Assembly (NCBI GenBank): GCA_963666835.2
Contig: CAXXGO010000007.1
Coordinates: 40,511-104,510 of the forward strand
DNA from: Phycisphaerae bacterium
GTDB taxonomy: Bacteria; Planctomycetota; Phycisphaerae; UBA1845
Direction of reading: 5' to 3'
DNA length: 64,000 nt
Shown: positions 9,777 through 19,965 of the stretch, one piece after another
Numbering within the stretch: the first letter of the stretch is position 1
Layout of the letters: each line of letters starts with the position of its first letter
Position numbers and translations under genes: made by a program
Notes under the pieces: model-generated
Database searches by the model: none
Seen by the model: the letters and a program-made list of their open reading frames with translations, nothing else
What the model was told of the DNA's origin: nothing

Positions 9777-10238
9777 TTAATCCTCCGCATCCGGCAGCAA
9801 CGCCAGAAGCTGCTCGTCAAAGGAACTCTCGGACAACACGTCGGAATACGAACTCACGGCAGTCCCGCCGTTCGATTCGACGGACGATCCCACCGACGAC
9901 GATAGCCCGCCCACCATGATCGTCAGCAGCACTCCGCACGAGAATGCCGCCGCTCCCAAACCAAGCGGAGCCGGGCGAAGAAACTCGAGCCACGTCCGTG
10001 ACACCCTCGCTCCGGAATCCCCTACCGGAAGTTGGGCCAAGACTCTGCTACTGAAACCCCACCGCGGCTCCGGGGCCGACAGCTTGCCCAAATCGGCGGT
10101 GAAACCCGCAACATCCGCGAGGAACGCCCGGCAACCGGCGCATCCGGCCAGATGGTCTTCCAGGAGCCCGTTTAGTGGCTCGCTGAGCTCGCCATCGAGC
10201 CGGGCCGAGATCAGTTTTTGAGCTTTCCTGCATCGCAC
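9777..10238 (-). CDS. Zinc-finger (zf-HC2) anti-sigma factor
   Basis: MRC...LDGEL...HLAGCAGC followed by a transmembrane helix. Confidence 0.88.
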   Translation of the reverse strand: MRCRKAQKLISARLDGELSEPLNGLLEDHLAGCAGCRAFLADVAGFTADLGKLSAPEPRWGFSSRVLAQLPVGDSGARVSRTWLEFLRPAPLGLGAAAFSCGVLLTIMVGGLSSSVGSSVESNGGTAVSSYSDVLSESSFDEQLLALLPDAED

Positions 10239-10257
10239 GGGAATTCACCAGTTCCTT

Positions 10258-10896
10258 TCACAGGGTTTCAGCACCCAATCCGGGCGAAACTTGCGGTGAC
10301 TCGATATCCTCGCTCTCGTTCTCCAGGAGCTTCCGAAGACGCCTTCTCGCCCGGAAAAGTAGCGATTCCACGGACGAAACGGTGGTTTCCAGCACTTCGG
10401 CAATTTCTGCGTATGAAAGACCGTGGAAATGGCGGAGTACGATAACCGCGCGCTGCGGGCGCGCGAGCCGCCCGAGCGCCTCGCGGACGGAAGCGGCCTG
10501 TTCGTCCGCCGCCATGCGGTCGGCCGCGGATTCAGGATCGTCCGGCAATGCCGCCGGTCCCTCATCGCCGGGCAAAGACGCCGTTCGACGCAGACGCCAC
10601 CACCGTCGGTAATTCAGCGCCGTATTCGTGGCCAGCCGCAACAGGTAAGTTGTGGTCTTGGCGCGCGGCGTGTACGCCGGCGCGGCCTTCCAGGCCTTCA
10701 GAAAGACGTCCTGGGTAAGATCCTCGGCCGTGCAACGGTCCACATTGCCGAGGAATCTGTAGATGAACTGCATGACACCGCGATGATGGCGCTCCACCAG
10801 CGTGCCGAACGCGCTGCGATCACCCCGACCGGCCGCAACTAATAGGTCCTCGTCGCTACACATCGATACTCTGTTATCGGTGGTCTCGCGGCTCAC
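10258..10896 (-). CDS. ECF-family RNA polymerase sigma factor
   Basis: AEDLTQDVFLKAW (region 2); LSYAEIAEVL...VESLLFRAR (region 4). Confidence 0.93.
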   Translation of the reverse strand: MSRETTDNRVSMCSDEDLLVAAGRGDRSAFGTLVERHHRGVMQFIYRFLGNVDRCTAEDLTQDVFLKAWKAAPAYTPRAKTTTYLLRLATNTALNYRRWWRLRRTASLPGDEGPAALPDDPESAADRMAADEQAASVREALGRLARPQRAVIVLRHFHGLSYAEIAEVLETTVSSVESLLFRARRRLRKLLENESEDIESPQVSPGLGAETL

Positions 10897-11087
10897 GAGT
10901 GCCTTTCTTCCGATCTAACGCCGGATCCCCGATTACGCCCTCGGCCACATGGGCGTTTCCCACTTCTTCTAACTCCGAACCCGGCCCAAACTTGCACCGG
11001 CTTGCCAGGAAACTCGCCTGTTACAAAGAGGACATCTTCGGATCGGGTACGGTATTCACGGGTGGAAGCCCGCCCTCGAGGCGGCAG

Positions 11088-11195
11088 GGTCCGCAGTGCG
11101 GACCGATTGGTTCTCGCCACAGATGGTAGATGGATACGGTCCGCTCTGCGGACCAACAGCCTCACCACAATGTTGGTCCGCGGAGCCGACCCTAC
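11088..11195. repeat. Cluster of REP-like palindromes GGTCCGC-n3-GCGGACC (family C)
   Basis: Copies at 11088-11104, 11138-11154 and 11175-11195; same motif at 31098-31114 and ~42207. Confidence 0.7.
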
Positions 11196-11299
11196 GGATT
11201 TTGAATCTGCGGGGGCCTTGCGGTTGGTGGATCGGGTTGTTGGACAACGGTGGGGGCTCCGATAGACTTCCATGGCGACGGAACACTGGAGGCTCGGAA

Positions 11300-12793
11300 T
11301 TGGCGGCGAAACAGAAGAAAACTCGTACTCTTCCCCGGCGACTGAAGGGGTTTCGTGATATCACGGCGGCGAATGTGCTCGCCCGCGACCGGATGATCCT
11401 GCGGATTCGGGAGGTCTATGAACGTTATGGGTTCCTCCCGCTGGAGACGCCGGCGCTCGAGTACGTAGACGTGCTCGGTAAGTACCTGCCCGAGGCGGAT
11501 GAGCCCAGCGGCGGCATCTTCGCGTTTCGCGACGAGGACGACGAATGGATTGCGCTGCGCTATGACCTGACGGCCCCGCTTTCGCGATACGTGGCCATGA
11601 ACCCGGATCTGCCCCGGCCATTCCGCCGGTATCAGGTGGGCCCGGTCTACCGGGTGGAGAAGCCGGGCCCGGACCGGTTTCGCGAGTTCTACCAGTTTGA
11701 TTTCGACTCGGTGGGCACCGGGTCGATGCTGGCCGACGCCGAGTGCTGCATGGTCATGTGCGACACGCTCGAGGCGTTGGGCGTGGGCCCCGGAGATTAC
11801 ATCGTTCGGGTTAACGATCGTAAGGTGCTCACGGGCGTGCTCGAGGCGGTGGCCGGCGGTGAGACGCTGGAGACGCGGACCTCCCTAAACATCCTGCGCT
11901 CGATCGACAAACTTGACCGCGTCGGGATGGACGGGGTGAAGGACCTGCTCGGCCCCGGTCGGACGGACGAATCGGGCGACAAGATGGCGGGGCTCAACCT
12001 CAAGCCCGAACAGATCGACGTCGTGATGGGATATCTGACCATCGCCACCGATTCGCGCTCGAGCCTGTGCGGTGAGCTGGAGAAGCTGGTCGCCAAGAGC
12101 GAAACCGGCGCCGAGGGCGTTCGCGAGTTACGCGAGATAGACGAGGCGCTATCCGGTGCCGGCTACGCCGAGAACCGGGTGATTATCGATCCGACGGTCG
12201 TGCGCGGTCTGGCCTATTACACGGGACCGGTGTTTGAAGGTGTCTTAACGCACGACGTCGTCGACGAAAGCGGGGTGACCCGGCAGTTCGGCAGCGTGTT
12301 CGGCGGTGGGCGGTACGACGGGCTGGTCGAACGCTTCACCGGCCAGAAGATGCCCGCCACCGGCGCGTCGATCGGGGTGGACCGGCTCCTGGCCGCCTTG
12401 CGTACGCTCGGCAAGCTCGACGTCGACGGCACGACCGCCCCCGTGCTGGTGACCCGCCTGGATCGGAAGATGACGGTGGAGTATCAGAAGCTGGCGGCCG
12501 AGCTGCGCTCCGCCGGGGTGAATGCGGAGTTGTACGTCGGCAACCAGGGTATCGGGAAGCAGTTCAAGTACGCCAGCGACAGCGGCAAGACCTTGGCATT
12601 AATCATGGGTGAGGACGAGCTTGCCGCGGGGGAAGTGTCGATCAAGGACCTCAGGCTCGGTGACGAGCTGTCGAAGGAGGTCGGCTCCGATCGCAAGAAA
12701 TGGCTTGAAGAACAGCCCGCCCAGTTCAGCGCCAAACGCCGCGAGCTGATCTCGGCCGTTAAGAAGGTCATGGCTCGGTACTCGATCGGGTGA
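11300..12793 (+). CDS. hisS: Histidyl-tRNA synthetase
   Basis: KGFRD, LRYDLTAPL, RFREFYQFDFD, RGLAYYTG and GGGRYD motifs; TTG start at 11300 after GGAGG. Confidence 0.96.
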   Translation: MAAKQKKTRTLPRRLKGFRDITAANVLARDRMILRIREVYERYGFLPLETPALEYVDVLGKYLPEADEPSGGIFAFRDEDDEWIALRYDLTAPLSRYVAMNPDLPRPFRRYQVGPVYRVEKPGPDRFREFYQFDFDSVGTGSMLADAECCMVMCDTLEALGVGPGDYIVRVNDRKVLTGVLEAVAGGETLETRTSLNILRSIDKLDRVGMDGVKDLLGPGRTDESGDKMAGLNLKPEQIDVVMGYLTIATDSRSSLCGELEKLVAKSETGAEGVRELREIDEALSGAGYAENRVIIDPTVVRGLAYYTGPVFEGVLTHDVVDESGVTRQFGSVFGGGRYDGLVERFTGQKMPATGASIGVDRLLAALRTLGKLDVDGTTAPVLVTRLDRKMTVEYQKLAAELRSAGVNAELYVGNQGIGKQFKYASDSGKTLALIMGEDELAAGEVSIKDLRLGDELSKEVGSDRKKWLEEQPAQFSAKRRELISAVKKVMARYSIG

Positions 12794-12804
12794 CGCCCGG
12801 CACA

Positions 12805-13014
12805 CGGGCGCCCATTCCGACGCATGCCGAGCTGGAGCAGCCGCGCCGGTTCCCCGCCGAAATGGGTGGGGAACGGACGAAGACCCGAAAGGCACTCGCA
12901 CTCCGCAATCGACTCCCCACCCTTCGCCTGGCGCATGGTGCGTGCGCCGTAAGTACACCTGTATCCAAGTCTCTTTCTTCACTGCGATGTAACTCAAGGC
13001 GAAGGGTACCCCGC
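12805..13014 (+). repeat. ~210-bp MITE-like dispersed repeat (family D), intact copy
   Basis: Co-linear similarity to 53740-53960 and to the rejoined flanks of the intron at 4075-6001. Confidence 0.75.
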
Positions 13015-13562
13015 TCATCGGCGCGCGTGAACATCATCGGCTCCCCCACGTTAAGGCAACATGACTTCGCGCGACTCTCGGCAGACTGGAACATACGCGA
13101 AAGTCAAAAGGACGCGGGCCACCCAGCATTCCCGTCCCGAAGGGCCGGGGGGCCAGTTACCGCGAATCGCGTGAAGGTCTGGCGCAATGGCGAAGTGTCG
13201 GCTATACGGCACTAGCGACCACAGGCAAGCTGCAACAGCCCATACTCGTGACGCGAGATCGAATAACGAACGGCACTTCCCCGCGCGAGTCGGCGATGCT
13301 TGCCTATGCCACCCTCGATGGCAGGTCTCGTTCCTCGACCTGCCCTACACCCGCCGACGCTGCCCTACAAAGAGGCTGTCGTAATCAGTACGGCGAGCGT
13401 GAGCGACCCGCCCTTGGCCGATAGGCAGCCACCCTCGATGGCAGGTCTCGTTCCTCGACCATGCCCTACAGAGAGTGCAACGGGGTGGCATGGGTCAACT
13501 TGTTGACCCGTGGTGTTAATCCGTGGAGTTACACACGGGGGATGAGCCCGGTGATCCGAAGG

Positions 13563-14570
13563 CTACGTACAGCGCAGCACGGCCGCCCCGGAGATGTTGC
13601 CGGTTTTGAGGGCGTAAAGGGCCTCGTTAGCCTGCGACAGGGGGAACACGGTAATCTGCGTCTTAATGGGGATCTCGGCGGCCGTTTCCAGCAGCTCTAC
13701 GCCGTCGCGCCGCGTGGCGTTGGCCACGCTGCGCAAAACCTTCTCATCGTAAAGATGCCTGCCGTAGTCCATCGGCGGCACTTCGCTCATGTATATTCCG
13801 GCAAGGGCCACCGTGCCGCCTTTTTCGAGAACGTCCAGGGCGTTCAGAATAAGCGGTCCGGCGGGGGCGAATATGACCGAAGCATGCATCTTCTCCGGTG
13901 GCGTATCCGCGGCACTGCCCACCCATTCGGCCCCGAGCTTCATCGCCAGCGATCGATTCGCCTCGTTCCGGGTGAAGACGTATACGTGGCACCCCCAGTG
14001 GCGCGCAACTTGAATCGCAATGTGCGCGGAAGCTCCGAAGCCGTACAGACCCAGCCGCTGACCCGGGCGAATCGCGCTGAGGCGTAACGCCCGAAACCCG
14101 ATAATGCCACCGCAGAGCAACGGGGCGGCCTGTTCGTCGGAGAATCCATCGGGAATGCGATAGGCAAACTCGGCGGGGATTGTCGCAAACTCAGCGTAGC
14201 CCCCATCGAGCGAGTAACCGGTGAAGCGCGCGGCGCGGCAGAGGTTCTCGCGGCCGGCGGCGTCACGGCAGAACCCGCACTCTCCGCAGGTGTCGTGCAG
14301 CCACGCCATCCCAACGCGATCGCCAATCTCGAAACCGCCCCCGTCTCCTTCGCTATCAACAACCACGCCGACCACTTGGTGTCCGGGGATCAACGGCGAT
14401 CGTATGGGAGGCAGCTCGCCCTCAACCACGTGCAGATCGGTGCGGCAGACGCCGCAGAAGTTGACTTGCACCAGCAGCTCACCCGGCCCGGGTGACGGCT
14501 TGGGCGCCTCACCGAGCCTCAGCGGACTCGCGGAGATCGGCTTCGGATTATCAAGCAACGCGGCGTACAT
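13563..14570 (-). CDS. Zinc-dependent alcohol dehydrogenase family protein
   Basis: CGVCRTDLH, PGHQVVG, structural Cys cluster CGECGFC...C, GLYGFGASA. Confidence 0.93.
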   Translation of the reverse strand: MYAALLDNPKPISASPLRLGEAPKPSPGPGELLVQVNFCGVCRTDLHVVEGELPPIRSPLIPGHQVVGVVVDSEGDGGGFEIGDRVGMAWLHDTCGECGFCRDAAGRENLCRAARFTGYSLDGGYAEFATIPAEFAYRIPDGFSDEQAAPLLCGGIIGFRALRLSAIRPGQRLGLYGFGASAHIAIQVARHWGCHVYVFTRNEANRSLAMKLGAEWVGSAADTPPEKMHASVIFAPAGPLILNALDVLEKGGTVALAGIYMSEVPPMDYGRHLYDEKVLRSVANATRRDGVELLETAAEIPIKTQITVFPLSQANEALYALKTGNISGAAVLRCT

Positions 14571-14998
14571 GACCGCGAGGCATTATAACCCGCACACGCG
14601 ACCACCGCTTGGCGAATCGTCATCTGTGAAGCGTCGCAAACTTGCCCGGGCAGGGCTCCCGCGCCCCGGAGAGCAGCAACTTGCCGTAACTACATAGTCA
14701 ATCTGAGGTTAAACGACTTAAGCGGGATGCCGATCCCGGGCAGCACGGTTCAGGCCGGCCGAATGTCGGATTACCGTAAGGCACGGCGAGGCTTGCAGTA
14801 ATGCCGCATACTGTGATAGGCTGCTCAGATCGGGCACGCGGATCGCGCCGGCGCCGGGAATCCGGCTTAAACCCGTCGACGGCCTTGAGCCGATAAATCC
14901 ACGGCGCGAGCGCCGAAACTTATTGTGGTACAGGGTGTTACGAATCGCGGTCGGCCTGGCGGACACCCGTTGAACAACTGCGAAGCGAGTAGCATACC

Positions 14999-16591
14999 TT
15001 GGCAAATCCAGTGTGGGATTACCGAAACGCGGGCAGGCAGTTCGGGCTGCGGATTCTGCTGCTTGGGCTTCTAGTGGCGTCGGGCGGCTGCAACGCGATC
15101 ATGAACGGCTGGCTGGATCCGACGGTGGTCGGAGCATACGACCGGAATCGAGTCAGCGAGATCCGCGCGTCTCTGACCCTAGAGGACACCCCGCCGGGGA
15201 TCGCCGGAGCGGAATCGCCTTCGGCGATGGACAAAGTGCTCATTGCGGAGGAGTACCCCATTTCCGGGGGAGACACGCTTGCGATAGAGATCGATGAACT
15301 TCGCCAGCGCGATACGCTTTATCAGATCCAGGCCCAGGTATCGCCAACCGGATTCGTGAATTTGCCGGTCGTCGGGCGGGTCATGGCCGGCGGTGATACC
15401 GTACCGCAGTTCGAAGCATCTCTGGTGAACGTACTGCGGGACCGCAACGTCCTGATCGACCCCAAGGTAACGGTCAACCCGCTCTTTCTGCACAAGGCCA
15501 CGTATTCTATCTTCGGAGTCGGAGTCAGCGCATCCAACAACGCCCCGTTGCGGGCGGGAACTTTCCCGATCCAGCGTCCCGATCTCCGCATTCTGGAGGC
15601 AATCAACCAGGTCGGTGGTCTGAACGAGTTCGTCACAGACGTTTTCGTTTTTCGCTCGTACGACCCCCCACCGGAATTCACGGGGGAACCCCTCGAAACA
15701 AGCGGATCGACCTATTCGGGAACCCCCTCCGGGGATATTGATGAACCAGGCGAGCACGAGGCCGGCCTGGACGAACCGGCGCAAGGCGAGGGCGATTCGG
15801 CAATAGAACAAGAGCTGTTCGACGTCGTAACCGAAGGCGGGCGGGCGGAACCGGAAACGGGTATCGTCGATGAGGAATCCGAGACTCTAAAAGAGCTCGA
15901 GCCGGACGGATCGGATCCGTTTCTCTGGGTCAACGGCGAGTTCGTGCCTAACCCGGCTTATTCGGCTACCCCGGCGGGGACCCCCGCAGCGGTACCGGTG
16001 GAGCCGCCGTCGCCTGATCTGGTTAGCCCGGCCGTGAACTGGGCGCGAGTGGCGGGGGAGACGTCCTATCGGGTATTGCGAATCCCGGCCGAGGCGATGC
16101 GGAGCGGCGATCCTGAGGCCAACATCTTCGTTCGCCCGGGCGATGTGATCCGGATAACGAGCGGCGAGGTCGGGGTTTACTATGTGATGGGTCAGGTGAA
16201 CCGCGTCGGTCCGTACTCGTTCAACAGCGAGTCGATTACGGTGAAGAGGGCGATCGCCATGGCGGGTGGTTTGTCTGCTCTGGCGTGGCCTGATCGTTGC
16301 ACCGTTTACCGCCGGCTGGGTCAGCGTGAGCAGATGATCCAGGTGGATCTTGATCGGATCTTCGCGGGCAAGGACCCTGACTTCGAGATCCGGCGCGGGG
16401 ACATCATCAACGTCGGTACTCATCCGTTTGCCCCGTTCCTGCGGAGGATCCGTGAGCTTACGCTGCCGAACCCGTCGACCAACGTCGGTTACAGTTTCAT
16501 GTACTCGCGGAACTTCGCGGACATTGACTCCTACGACGCGCGGATCAACCCGGCCAATGAACAGGACACGTTCTCGAACCTGTTTCCGTAG
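14999..16591 (+). CDS. Polysaccharide export protein (Wza/SLBB-like lipoprotein)
   Basis: Lipobox-like GGC; GDTLAI...GFVNLPVVG; SLBB repeats (VMGQVNRVG, AIAMAGGL); start uncertain. Confidence 0.85.
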   Translation: MANPVWDYRNAGRQFGLRILLLGLLVASGGCNAIMNGWLDPTVVGAYDRNRVSEIRASLTLEDTPPGIAGAESPSAMDKVLIAEEYPISGGDTLAIEIDELRQRDTLYQIQAQVSPTGFVNLPVVGRVMAGGDTVPQFEASLVNVLRDRNVLIDPKVTVNPLFLHKATYSIFGVGVSASNNAPLRAGTFPIQRPDLRILEAINQVGGLNEFVTDVFVFRSYDPPPEFTGEPLETSGSTYSGTPSGDIDEPGEHEAGLDEPAQGEGDSAIEQELFDVVTEGGRAEPETGIVDEESETLKELEPDGSDPFLWVNGEFVPNPAYSATPAGTPAAVPVEPPSPDLVSPAVNWARVAGETSYRVLRIPAEAMRSGDPEANIFVRPGDVIRITSGEVGVYYVMGQVNRVGPYSFNSESITVKRAIAMAGGLSALAWPDRCTVYRRLGQREQMIQVDLDRIFAGKDPDFEIRRGDIINVGTHPFAPFLRRIRELTLPNPSTNVGYSFMYSRNFADIDSYDARINPANEQDTFSNLFP

Positions 16592-16600
16592 GAGGTCAGG

Positions 16601-17545
16601 GTGAGCGTTCCCGGATCCGTTGCCGTTAATCAGCCGCGAACGTGGGGTGAGTTCATCCCCCCCGTCAGCCGTATCCGCATTGCGGTGGTCGCGGCGCTTC
16701 TGATTGCGGCTTATTGGGGCCCGATCCGGCATTTGCTCGTAGGCCGCTGGATCAGTGACGGCAACTGGTCACACGGCTGGCTGGTCCCGGCCTTCAGTCT
16801 GTATTTTCTGGCAAGTCGGCAGGACGACCTGTTCCGCTGCAAGGTGCGTCCCAGCTACATCGGGGCGGTGATCCTCTTCGGTTCGCTGACAGCGTACTTT
16901 TACAGTGCGTGGGCGTGGTCGATGAACTACCCCCAGGCGTTGTCGATTGTCGGGTCCATCTTCGGGCTGGTCCTGTTGATGGGCGGCTGGCAGGTCATGC
17001 GTATCGCCTGGTTCCCGATCCTCTTTATGGTGCTGGCGATACCCCTGCCGACCGGTCTGTATGTAACGATAACACAGCCGTTGCGGGCGTTTTCCTCGAC
17101 GGCGGCGGCCGCGATTATGCCGCTGTTGAGCAGCGGGCTGCAGACCGAAGCCCAGGCGGTGGTGATTGACTACTACCTGGACGGTAACACCGGTCAGTTG
17201 AATGTGGAAGAGGCCTGTAGTGGGATGCGGCTGATGATGGCCTTCGTAACGCTGGGCGTGGCGATGGCGTATTTCAACAAGCGGCCGGCCTGGCAACAGG
17301 TCATTATGGTCTTGAGTTGCGTTCCGATAGCGGTTTTGTGCAATGCGATTCGGGTGACGACCACCGGGATGCTCTACATTCACGGTAAGGAGGATCTGGC
17401 AACCGGCACCCCGCACCAGATGCTCGGGATTCTGATGTTGGTAATCGCCCTGGGCCTCTACGCGCTGATCGGATATGTTCTGAGTCACTTGTTTGTTGAA
17501 GAGCCCGAACCCGATGTCGAGGCATCGGAGTCCGCCGGCGGTTGA
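16601..17545 (+). CDS. Exosortase (EpsH/Xrt family)
   Basis: Multi-pass membrane protein with SHGWLVP, VEEACSG, NAIR and conserved His (TPHQ). Confidence 0.9.
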   Translation: MSVPGSVAVNQPRTWGEFIPPVSRIRIAVVAALLIAAYWGPIRHLLVGRWISDGNWSHGWLVPAFSLYFLASRQDDLFRCKVRPSYIGAVILFGSLTAYFYSAWAWSMNYPQALSIVGSIFGLVLLMGGWQVMRIAWFPILFMVLAIPLPTGLYVTITQPLRAFSSTAAAAIMPLLSSGLQTEAQAVVIDYYLDGNTGQLNVEEACSGMRLMMAFVTLGVAMAYFNKRPAWQQVIMVLSCVPIAVLCNAIRVTTTGMLYIHGKEDLATGTPHQMLGILMLVIALGLYALIGYVLSHLFVEEPEPDVEASESAGG

Positions 17546-17580
17546 TTCGACAACCGCAGGCGGGAACTGTATGAGGTAGC

Positions 17581-19809
17581 GTGATGACAACATTCTCAAC
17601 GCCTTCAGAGCACGGTCCCGGTCCGGTTTTCGCCCTTCCGCGCGCGGGCGGAGAGGGCGGCGGCCCTCCAAGCGCCGGCGACATCGTATCGATGCTGCGT
17701 CGGCGGATCGTGCTGATTGTCATCCTGTTCATCCTGTTCTCGGCGATGGCGGTGGCGGGTTTTTGGGCGTGGTGGACTTACCTTCCCAGCTACCGGGCCG
17801 AGTGCCAGATCCAGTGCATCTCGAACATCCCCGACTCGGGTTTGAGCGTCGAACAACGCCAACTCCGCCAGGATGAGCACGAGCGATTCGTGATGACCCA
17901 GGCGCTGGCTTTGAGGACGCCGTCTATTCTGGAGGACGCCCTCAGAACCGCCGCAGTCCGCGAAACGGAGTGGTTCAAAGGGGTGCAGCGGCGGGAAGAA
18001 GAACCGCTCTTGAAGCTGGAAGACAAGCTGCGGGCGGCACCGGTCCGCGGCACGGACATCTTGAAGGTGTGGATCGAGTGTCACAACCGTAAGGACCCGG
18101 CGGTCCTGGTGAACACGGTGGTGGATCGCTGGTATGAGACGGTCGAGCGCCGCGCCGCACAGGAGTTTGCATCCGAGCCGCTCAGAGACGCCCAGGAGCA
18201 GCTTGTTGCCATCGACGCGCAGATCGAAGAGAAGCGGGCTCAGCAGCGGGAGATCGCGATGCGTTTGCCCGCCGGCGCCCGCCAGAATCCGGCGAATAAC
18301 ATCGCCGCCCAGCAGGTCGAACAGTACTCGGCGCAAGTGGCCGAGCTTACGCTTGAAATGTCCCAACTCGAGCAGTTCAGGCAGATCTATAACGATCCGG
18401 CAGGAGTACCGGTTACCGCGGAAGATCGAGCGTTGGTCGAGCAGGATCCCCAGGTCGCTGAACTCGCCCGAACGCTCTTCTTGCTCGAGCAGCAGAAGGC
18501 GGCCGACGAAGGCGTCTTCGGGCCGGAGCATCGGGAGTACCGGCAACTGGAAGCGCGGATCGAGGCTATCGCCGACAAGCTGGCCAATCTGCGCGCCGAG
18601 AAACTCACCGAGCGCCGCGAAGACATCCGCGAGGCAACCAACACTGCCTACGCCAACGCGCAGCATGCCCTGTTCCTGGCGCGCGAGAATCTGGCGATGA
18701 GTGAGGCCATGCTCCAGGATCAGGACCAGCTTCTTTTCAACTACGCGACTCTGCAAGAGGATCTCGATCGCGATGTTGCTTACCGAGCTCAACTCAACGA
18801 GGTGATCCAGTCGTTGAACCGGGTCGTGCGTCAGAAGGGGGCCGTGAACATTAACATCCTCCAGCGCGCGATCGACCCGCTGGAGAAAAGCAGCCCCAGC
18901 CTACTTGTTCTTCCCGTGGGTATCGTGCTGGCGCTGGCCGTAGCTATCGGCTTGGCGCTGGTGTTGGAGTTGGCCGACAAGTCGATCCGCACTCCCAAGG
19001 ACCTGGAACGATACTTGACCGTCGCCCTGTTGGGGGTTGTCCCGGACACCGACGACGAGGAAGTCGCCATCAAGCAGGTGGAGACCGTAGTGCGCGACAC
19101 CCCGCGATCGATGGTTGCGGAAGCCTTCAGACGCGTGCGGACCAGCATGCGTTTCAGCACCACGGCCGATCGGCAGCGTTGCGTGGTCGTCACCAGTCCG
19201 CGTCCCGAAGACGGCAAGACGACGGTCGCCTGCAATTTGGCGCTGGCGATCGCCCAAGGCGGGCGCCGCGTGCTGTTGATGGACGCCAACTTCCGCCGAC
19301 CGGGTATTCACAAACAGTTCGACAAGGTCGCAAAACGCGGGCTGAGCAACATCCTGATCGGCGACGAGACGTTGGAGTCCTGTGTGAACCCCACGGACCT
19401 GCCGGCGCTGCACGTGCTGGGCAGCGGACCGATTCCGCCGAACCCGACGGAGTTGCTGGGTAGCGAGGCGTTTCGGCAGTTGCTCGGCAAAGCGACTGAG
19501 GATTACGATCAGGTCATTATCGACACGGCACCGGTGCTACTGACCAGTGACGCTCTCGTGCTGGCCTCGGCCGACGTCGGCGTGATTCTCGTAGTTCGAG
19601 CAAACGAGAACACCCGGGGGGCGGTGCGGCGAGCGCAAAGCCTGCTGGATGGGGTCAACGCTTGCGTGCTCGGGTCGGTATTGAACGCCGTCCAAAGCAC
19701 CCGCGGCGGATACTTCCGGGAACAACTCCACGACTACTACGAGTATCAGGCGGAGGTCGAAACGTCCGGGACCGCCAAACCTCCCCAAGAACCGGGCAAG
19801 CCATCGTAG
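17581..19809 (+). CDS. Wzc-like polysaccharide co-polymerase/BY-kinase
   Basis: Two transmembrane helices flanking a coiled coil; Walker A PEDGKTT, DANFRRP, IIDTAP; Tyr-rich tail. Confidence 0.92.
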   Translation: MMTTFSTPSEHGPGPVFALPRAGGEGGGPPSAGDIVSMLRRRIVLIVILFILFSAMAVAGFWAWWTYLPSYRAECQIQCISNIPDSGLSVEQRQLRQDEHERFVMTQALALRTPSILEDALRTAAVRETEWFKGVQRREEEPLLKLEDKLRAAPVRGTDILKVWIECHNRKDPAVLVNTVVDRWYETVERRAAQEFASEPLRDAQEQLVAIDAQIEEKRAQQREIAMRLPAGARQNPANNIAAQQVEQYSAQVAELTLEMSQLEQFRQIYNDPAGVPVTAEDRALVEQDPQVAELARTLFLLEQQKAADEGVFGPEHREYRQLEARIEAIADKLANLRAEKLTERREDIREATNTAYANAQHALFLARENLAMSEAMLQDQDQLLFNYATLQEDLDRDVAYRAQLNEVIQSLNRVVRQKGAVNINILQRAIDPLEKSSPSLLVLPVGIVLALAVAIGLALVLELADKSIRTPKDLERYLTVALLGVVPDTDDEEVAIKQVETVVRDTPRSMVAEAFRRVRTSMRFSTTADRQRCVVVTSPRPEDGKTTVACNLALAIAQGGRRVLLMDANFRRPGIHKQFDKVAKRGLSNILIGDETLESCVNPTDLPALHVLGSGPIPPNPTELLGSEAFRQLLGKATEDYDQVIIDTAPVLLTSDALVLASADVGVILVVRANENTRGAVRRAQSLLDGVNACVLGSVLNAVQSTRGGYFREQLHDYYEYQAEVETSGTAKPPQEPGKPS

Positions 19810-19965
19810 CATTCAGCACCGAAGACGCCGCGTTGTCGGCCTCGGCGGTCTGCGATACAATCCCTGCGGTCAGCGTGCGCGTCGTGAAGCGGGGTCGATG
19901 AAGATTGCACGATGGGTGCAGTTCGTACCGCCGTTCCGCGGGCCGGCTTGATCGAGGAAACCAAT

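Noticed and set aside
11096..11299. N-terminal extension of HisRS
   Set aside because: It overlaps REP palindromes; RBS and TTG at 11300 match the expected start.
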